Assembly (NCBI GenBank): GCA_038104845.1
Contig: JAYOBJ010000009.1
Coordinates: forward strand, 1,627 to 65,626
Direction of reading: 5' to 3'
DNA length: 64,000 nt
Source of the DNA: Methanobacteriota archaeon
GTDB lineage: Archaea > Thermoplasmatota > Poseidoniia > Poseidoniales > Poseidoniaceae
The position numbers and the translations under genes are program-made. Under the pieces are notes generated by a model. The model was given only the letters and a program-made list of their open reading frames with translations. It was not told the origin of the DNA and ran no database searches. Of the stretch, positions 59,833-64,000 are shown piece after piece; the stretch's first letter is position 1; each line of letters opens with the position of its first letter.

Positions 59833-61218
59833 CTACAATTTCAGGTTGGCTTGCCGAGCGAGCAGATGGACTTGCATGCTGTGCTCCAGCATGGCGGCGT
59901 TGGCCCAGGCTTGGTCGAAATCCGCGCCAACGGCGTAGGCGCCGTGCTTGCGAACGACGACGCAGCGCATGCCGCCCTGTTGCAAAGCTTCGGCAAGTTG
60001 CCGGAGGAAATCCTCCGGATGCTCTGGGTCGGGGTCGACGATGACGATCTTGCCGATGTGTTGACGGCCAACTTCATCGATGGGGTTCAACACAATGAGG
60101 TCTTTCTCACTGCTGGCAGCGGTGGTGTGTGGCCCGTGCATGTGAATCACAGCCGCAGGACCGCCGGTGACCACCGATACAGAGGCCAGCACGACCTCCA
60201 GAGCGTGCCAATCGGACGGTGCACCCCTTGGAGAGGGCGCACCGAGGAACCCGGTGCACAAACTCCGTTCGTTCATGCGAGGCAATGGCGTCATGTGACG
60301 GCTGGAGATCATGATGTTGGGTTGCTCGGGATGCAGCATGGCCACACTGCCCATCGTCGCCCGGACAAGATGCTCCCGGTCCAATTGGCGCCCGATGCGG
60401 ACGAAATCCGACACCACATGGCTGGGGATGACGATGTTTTCCTCCACCACAGGAGGCATGGGCGGTTCCTCCATCTGCTCGATGACTTCGCTGGCACCGA
60501 CCACGGATTGGCGCAACCGGGCGTTCTCCATGTGGAGGCGCTCAAGTTCCGCCTCCTTCTCTGCGAGCAGGTCCAACGTGGCTTGATCGCCTGAACCCGT
60601 CGATGCGTCGGCCGGTGGCGCAACGGCAGTTGCAGGATCATGTGCTGCATCTGCTTCGCTGGTCGGTAGGGTTTCGGGTTCCGGCTCGGGCTTCGAAAGG
60701 GACGAAGCGGCGCTCAAGAGCGGGTCGGCGGCAGATGTTTTCTCGGCGGCGCCCCCCGTTGGTTCAGGACTGGTTTCGGGATTCGATGGGGGCAGGGGTT
60801 CGTCCGCCTCAGCCGAGACTTGAGGTTCCACCTCCGACGGTTCTGCTGCTGATGCTGCTGCTGGCGGCTCGGGTGACCGCTCAACAGTTGCTTCCGGGAC
60901 GTTGTCCGCAGGAGGCCCGGAAGGTGGACCGGAAGGTGGACCGGAGGTTGGGCCACTTGGAGGCCCCGATGGGGGACCCTTGGGCGGTCCCCGTGGAGGT
61001 GCTGAAGGGGGACCAGCCGGGGGTCCCTTTGGAGGCCCGGCCGGGGGGCCACTGGGCGGCCCCTTGGCGGGTTCGGGTTCGGAAGTGGGGGTTTCTGACG
61101 GCCCCTCAACGGGCGAAAGTTGTTCGATGCCACCAAACGCTCCGCCAAGCATGTCGTCGAGCTGGGCTTGTTCGGCTTCATCACGGGAACGTTCTGCTGA
61201 AGATTTTGGTTTCGCCAT
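59833..61218 (-). CDS. Class II aldolase/adducin-domain protein with a long Pro-rich N-terminal extension
   Basis: C-terminal AVIHMHGPH and VVRKHGAYAVG; N-terminal GPPx repeats and coiled coil. Confidence 0.8.
   Translation of the reverse strand: MAKPKSSAERSRDEAEQAQLDDMLGGAFGGIEQLSPVEGPSETPTSEPEPAKGPPSGPPAGPPKGPPAGPPSAPPRGPPKGPPSGPPSGPTSGPPSGPPSGPPADNVPEATVERSPEPPAAASAAEPSEVEPQVSAEADEPLPPSNPETSPEPTGGAAEKTSAADPLLSAASSLSKPEPEPETLPTSEADAAHDPATAVAPPADASTGSGDQATLDLLAEKEAELERLHMENARLRQSVVGASEVIEQMEEPPMPPVVEENIVIPSHVVSDFVRIGRQLDREHLVRATMGSVAMLHPEQPNIMISSRHMTPLPRMNERSLCTGFLGAPSPRGAPSDWHALEVVLASVSVVTGGPAAVIHMHGPHTTAASSEKDLIVLNPIDEVGRQHIGKIVIVDPDPEHPEDFLRQLAEALQQGGMRCVVVRKHGAYAVGADFDQAWANAAMLEHSMQVHLLARQANLKL
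60910..61065 (-). repeat. Coding tetrapeptide repeat (x-G-P-P), about 13 units
   Basis: KGPPSGPPAGPPKGPPAGPPSAPPRGPPKGPPSGPPSGPTSGPPSGPPSGPP. Confidence 0.9.
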
Positions 61219-61249
61219 GCATTCACCCGTACCGTCCACACGGCGCGGC

Positions 61250-61256
61250 TTAAATA
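61250..61256 (+). promoter_or_regulatory. TATA box for tRNA-Asp
   Basis: TTAAATA about 30 nt upstream of the tRNA start. Confidence 0.65.
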
Positions 61257-61284
61257 GCGGTTGCGTCCCCGCAGAACTGAAACT

Positions 61285-61359
61285 GCCCGCTTGGTGTAGA
61301 GGTTATCATGCAGGATTGTCATTCCTGCGACCCGGGTTCAATTCCCGGAGTGGGCGCCA
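61285..61359 (+). tRNA. tRNA-Asp(GTC)
   Basis: GCCCGCTTGGTGTAGAGGTTATCATGCAGGA-TTGTCAT-TCCTGCGACCCGGGTTCAATTCCCGGAGTGGGCG-CCA cloverleaf. Confidence 0.96.
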
Positions 61360-62200
61360 ACTCACCCATGTTCTTCGTCAATCGCTGGACGGAAGGGCAC
61401 ATCCACCACACCATTGGGACGAGCAACAGCGCGTCCATGTTCTTGCCAAAGCCGACGGAGAACGTGGATTCAAGGGCAACGAACGAACGAGCGTCTTCGC
61501 TTTCCTCGCCAGGAGGTGCAGCCGTCACGTTCGAGCGGTTGTCAGGGTCAACCAAACCCAAATCGTAGCCTGAAAAGGCCATGGACACCTCCACGCCGAT
61601 CCACATGGGGCGCACAGTGGTGCTCGATTCGGTGTGAACAAACGCACTGTTTTCCAGTTCGACACCGGGTGAGGCATCGCTGGCGTTGCCTGAATCACCA
61701 AAACCGTCCAAACTCGCCACATAACTCGCCGGGAAGGCGACGAACACAGCGGATAACGCCGCACCGAACGCCATCCACCGCATCACCGAAGTGGTGCGAG
61801 AACGGCGCAACGACAGGACTTCAGCCAACACCACGGCCACGAGCGACCAGGTCACGGCCGACCGTCCAAGACTCAGCCAATCTCGGTTGGGTCCTGAGCC
61901 TTCGTTGCCTTCCGTTGCACCATCCGATTCATTCCCATCGGGGGCGGACACCGACCCATCTCGGGCCAGGTTGTACAGGATGAAACTCGTGGCTTTCTCC
62001 ATGCGCACGTCGACAAGGGTTTGTTCACGGTCCACGGCAACCAGCGAATGCACTTCCGTGGGTGCCGGCCGGCCTTCGGTGTAAACGGCGTCGACGGTGG
62101 CGACCAGCCACGCTGAAATGAACACGTGAACGCACAGCAGCGTCACGAACAGCGTTCGCACGAACCCCAGCAGGGGATGGGCAGGGGGGCGCAACCGCAC
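61319..62200 (-). CDS. Multi-TM hypothetical membrane protein
   Basis: GTG start after GAGGTGA SD; about four TM helices; 3' end overlaps tRNA-Asp antisense. Confidence 0.7.
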   Translation of the reverse strand: MRLRPPAHPLLGFVRTLFVTLLCVHVFISAWLVATVDAVYTEGRPAPTEVHSLVAVDREQTLVDVRMEKATSFILYNLARDGSVSAPDGNESDGATEGNEGSGPNRDWLSLGRSAVTWSLVAVVLAEVLSLRRSRTTSVMRWMAFGAALSAVFVAFPASYVASLDGFGDSGNASDASPGVELENSAFVHTESSTTVRPMWIGVEVSMAFSGYDLGLVDPDNRSNVTAAPPGEESEDARSFVALESTFSVGFGKNMDALLLVPMVWWMCPSVQRLTKNMGELAPTPGIEPGSQE

Positions 62201-62225
62201 ACCCTCACCTCGCCGTTGGTGTATA

Positions 62226-64000
62226 TCACTCGTCGTCTTCCCGACGGCCGTTGAAGGCCAAACCGGCCAAGGCCATGGCAGCGATCACGGACACCGGCGA
62301 AAGGAAGGGCAGACCGGCTTCTTCGGCCAGCTCCTCGGCCGTGGTCGGGCCGTCGGTGCTGTCATCGCCGTCGGTGCCGTCGTCACCGTCGGTCTCATCG
62401 GTCAGGCCGAGGTCGGAGGTGTCCACACCAGCGTCCTCGAGCACTTGCTCAAGTTCGGCCAGGTCGTGCTCTTCAACGTCCACAATGTCCTCCAACGAGT
62501 TGGATTCAGCCATGGTGGTCTGGGCTTCCATGGCCGTAACACCGGTGATGTAGTTGATGCTGGCGAACACCATGGGCAGGTCATCGTTGTAGCCCGTGGT
62601 TTCGGGCCCGGTGATGAGGTAGGTGTTGTCATCCTCGTCGTAACCGTACACGGCCACACCAACGATGGTGGCATGCTCGTTGCTCCAGAGGGGAGCCCAC
62701 ATGCCGTCCACGTAGGGGAACTCGGGTGTTTCGGTGTCCTCCTCGAACGTCATGATGGTGTCCTCCAAGTTCTCACCGAAGGCTTCGAGCACGTCCACCA
62801 GTCCGGAATCCGCAAGGCCGCCCACGATGGTTTCGAGCCGCTCGCTGGGCACACCGGCCATGGTGGCTTCCTCGCACATTTCCTCAACCATGAACGGTTC
62901 GGTTTGGCCGTCCTCAACCATGGAGATCTCAAGGCAGTATTCGCCTTCGTCACCCACGTCGACGATTGCTTCGAAACCGACCATGTCCTCTTCGTCCCCG
63001 GTGAACGCCGACGAGTCGCTCCACACGACGTTGCCCGCTTCATCAGTGATTTCTCCGTGGAGGGTCACGTCGTCAATCGTTTCCCAGTAGTTGGCGTTGT
63101 AGTCCACCTCAAGTTCCATGCCGTTAGCAGAGAAGTACCCGTAGGTGTAAGGTCCGTGCTGCGACGTCCTGCAGGTGTTTTCAGCGGTGTGCATGACCGT
63201 GTCACTGACAGCGTCGGTCAGGGTAGCGGAAACGCACGTCGTGGAGGTTCCATAAGCGAGGCCGGCATCGTTGGGCACGCTCGTGTAGAAGGATTCGTAA
63301 TCGCCGCTGTGGTCGCACAAGGACCAACTGCTGGCCTCGCAGATGGCGTAATCCTCCACCGTTGCAAGCACCGTGCCTTCACCGTCGGTCACGGTGATGT
63401 CAATCAGGTAGAGCCCGTCTGCGCCTTCATCATCGTAGCCGGAACAGTCGGCCTCGTCGTTGTTCACGAGCTCGAAGCTGATTTCGGTGCCGTCGTCGCA
63501 GGTGAAGGTGGTGGGCATGGCGGCGTCGTATTCGTCCTCGCCTGCCGAACAGTCAGCGTAGCCATTGTTGAGGTAGGACCAGTCCAGGGTTTCGCCATCG
63601 TTGCACTCAAAGTCGTACATGCCGACCATCAAATCCTCGTACGGCATGGAGCCGGAAATCGAGTAAGAGTCCTCAGAAGTGTACAGTTGAGCGACGAAGT
63701 CGTCTTCATCCGAGCCGTCCATGCAGTCCTCATCACCGTCGTTCACCCAGTACGCCGGGATTTCTTCTCCACTGTCGCACACGAACATCTCGGAATCAAT
63801 GCCGCCGTCGGTGTTGCCTTCGGCGAGTTCATCGGCCCAGTCGTCGAAGATGCCCAGGAGTGAATCTTCGAGGTTGGCTTCCAAGTCTTCAGCCACGGCT
63901 TCACCAAAGGCTATCGAGGCTTCAGCGAGCACACCGGCCATCATGGCGAACATGATGGGGCTGCCGGGTGGACATGAATCGCAAGCCACCACGTCGATCA
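62226..64000 (-). CDS. Acidic cell-surface protein with LDL-receptor class A-like repeats and a C-terminal sorting signal; 5'-truncated by window edge
   Basis: F.C..G..I....vN.G..DC..G.DE repeated three times; C-terminal GLPF + TM + RR. Confidence 0.8.
   Translation of the reverse strand, partial: IDVVACDSCPPGSPIMFAMMAGVLAEASIAFGEAVAEDLEANLEDSLLGIFDDWADELAEGNTDGGIDSEMFVCDSGEEIPAYWVNDGDEDCMDGSDEDDFVAQLYTSEDSYSISGSMPYEDLMVGMYDFECNDGETLDWSYLNNGYADCSAGEDEYDAAMPTTFTCDDGTEISFELVNNDEADCSGYDDEGADGLYLIDITVTDGEGTVLATVEDYAICEASSWSLCDHSGDYESFYTSVPNDAGLAYGTSTTCVSATLTDAVSDTVMHTAENTCRTSQHGPYTYGYFSANGMELEVDYNANYWETIDDVTLHGEITDEAGNVVWSDSSAFTGDEEDMVGFEAIVDVGDEGEYCLEISMVEDGQTEPFMVEEMCEEATMAGVPSERLETIVGGLADSGLVDVLEAFGENLEDTIMTFEEDTETPEFPYVDGMWAPLWSNEHATIVGVAVYGYDEDDNTYLITGPETTGYNDDLPMVFASINYITGVTAMEAQTTMAESNSLEDIVDVEEHDLAELEQVLEDAGVDTSDLGLTDETDGDDGTDGDDSTDGPTTAEELAEEAGLPFLSPVSVIAAMALAGLAFNGRREDDE

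Noticed and set aside
60910-61065. Collagen-like repeat
   Set aside because: The periodicity is four residues (xGPP), not Gly-X-Y triplets.
57560-61359. tRNA-flanked segment as an integrated island
   Set aside because: No integrase or duplicated tRNA 3' end, and it contains the core genes rpo12 and RFC-like.

Overview
Gene-dense, high-GC archaeal chromosomal segment. Archaeal informational genes (TFB, topoisomerase VI A/B, RNA polymerase subunit Rpo12/P, archaeal phosphopantothenate synthetase, Pcc1-like) sit among many bacterial-type metabolic genes (ATP-type PEP carboxykinase, class II fumarase, glutathione peroxidase, glutaredoxin, RNase HI, GcvH, PlsC-like acyltransferase) and large acidic surface proteins. 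By inference this resembles Marine Group II Euryarchaeota (Poseidoniales). I call about 60 CDS and two tRNAs (Arg-CCT, Asp-GTC), and see no CRISPR array, transposase or integrase. The most striking feature is a gene (59263-59700, minus) encoding two near-identical head-to-tail ubiquitin/SAMP-like domains, each ending in Gly-Gly and followed by a short cap, which is the layout of a polyubiquitin precursor. It is followed by a hairpin-rich spacer and rpo12. Other notable items are a bacterial/poxvirus-type topoisomerase IB, an SdhA paralogue with degenerate catalytic motifs, a swivel-first aconitase-family fusion, a TerB-TerB-orphan methyltransferase run, a PlsC-like acyltransferase and LDL-receptor class A-like repeats. 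All calls come from motif recognition by eye; no database searches were run, and several start codons are estimates.
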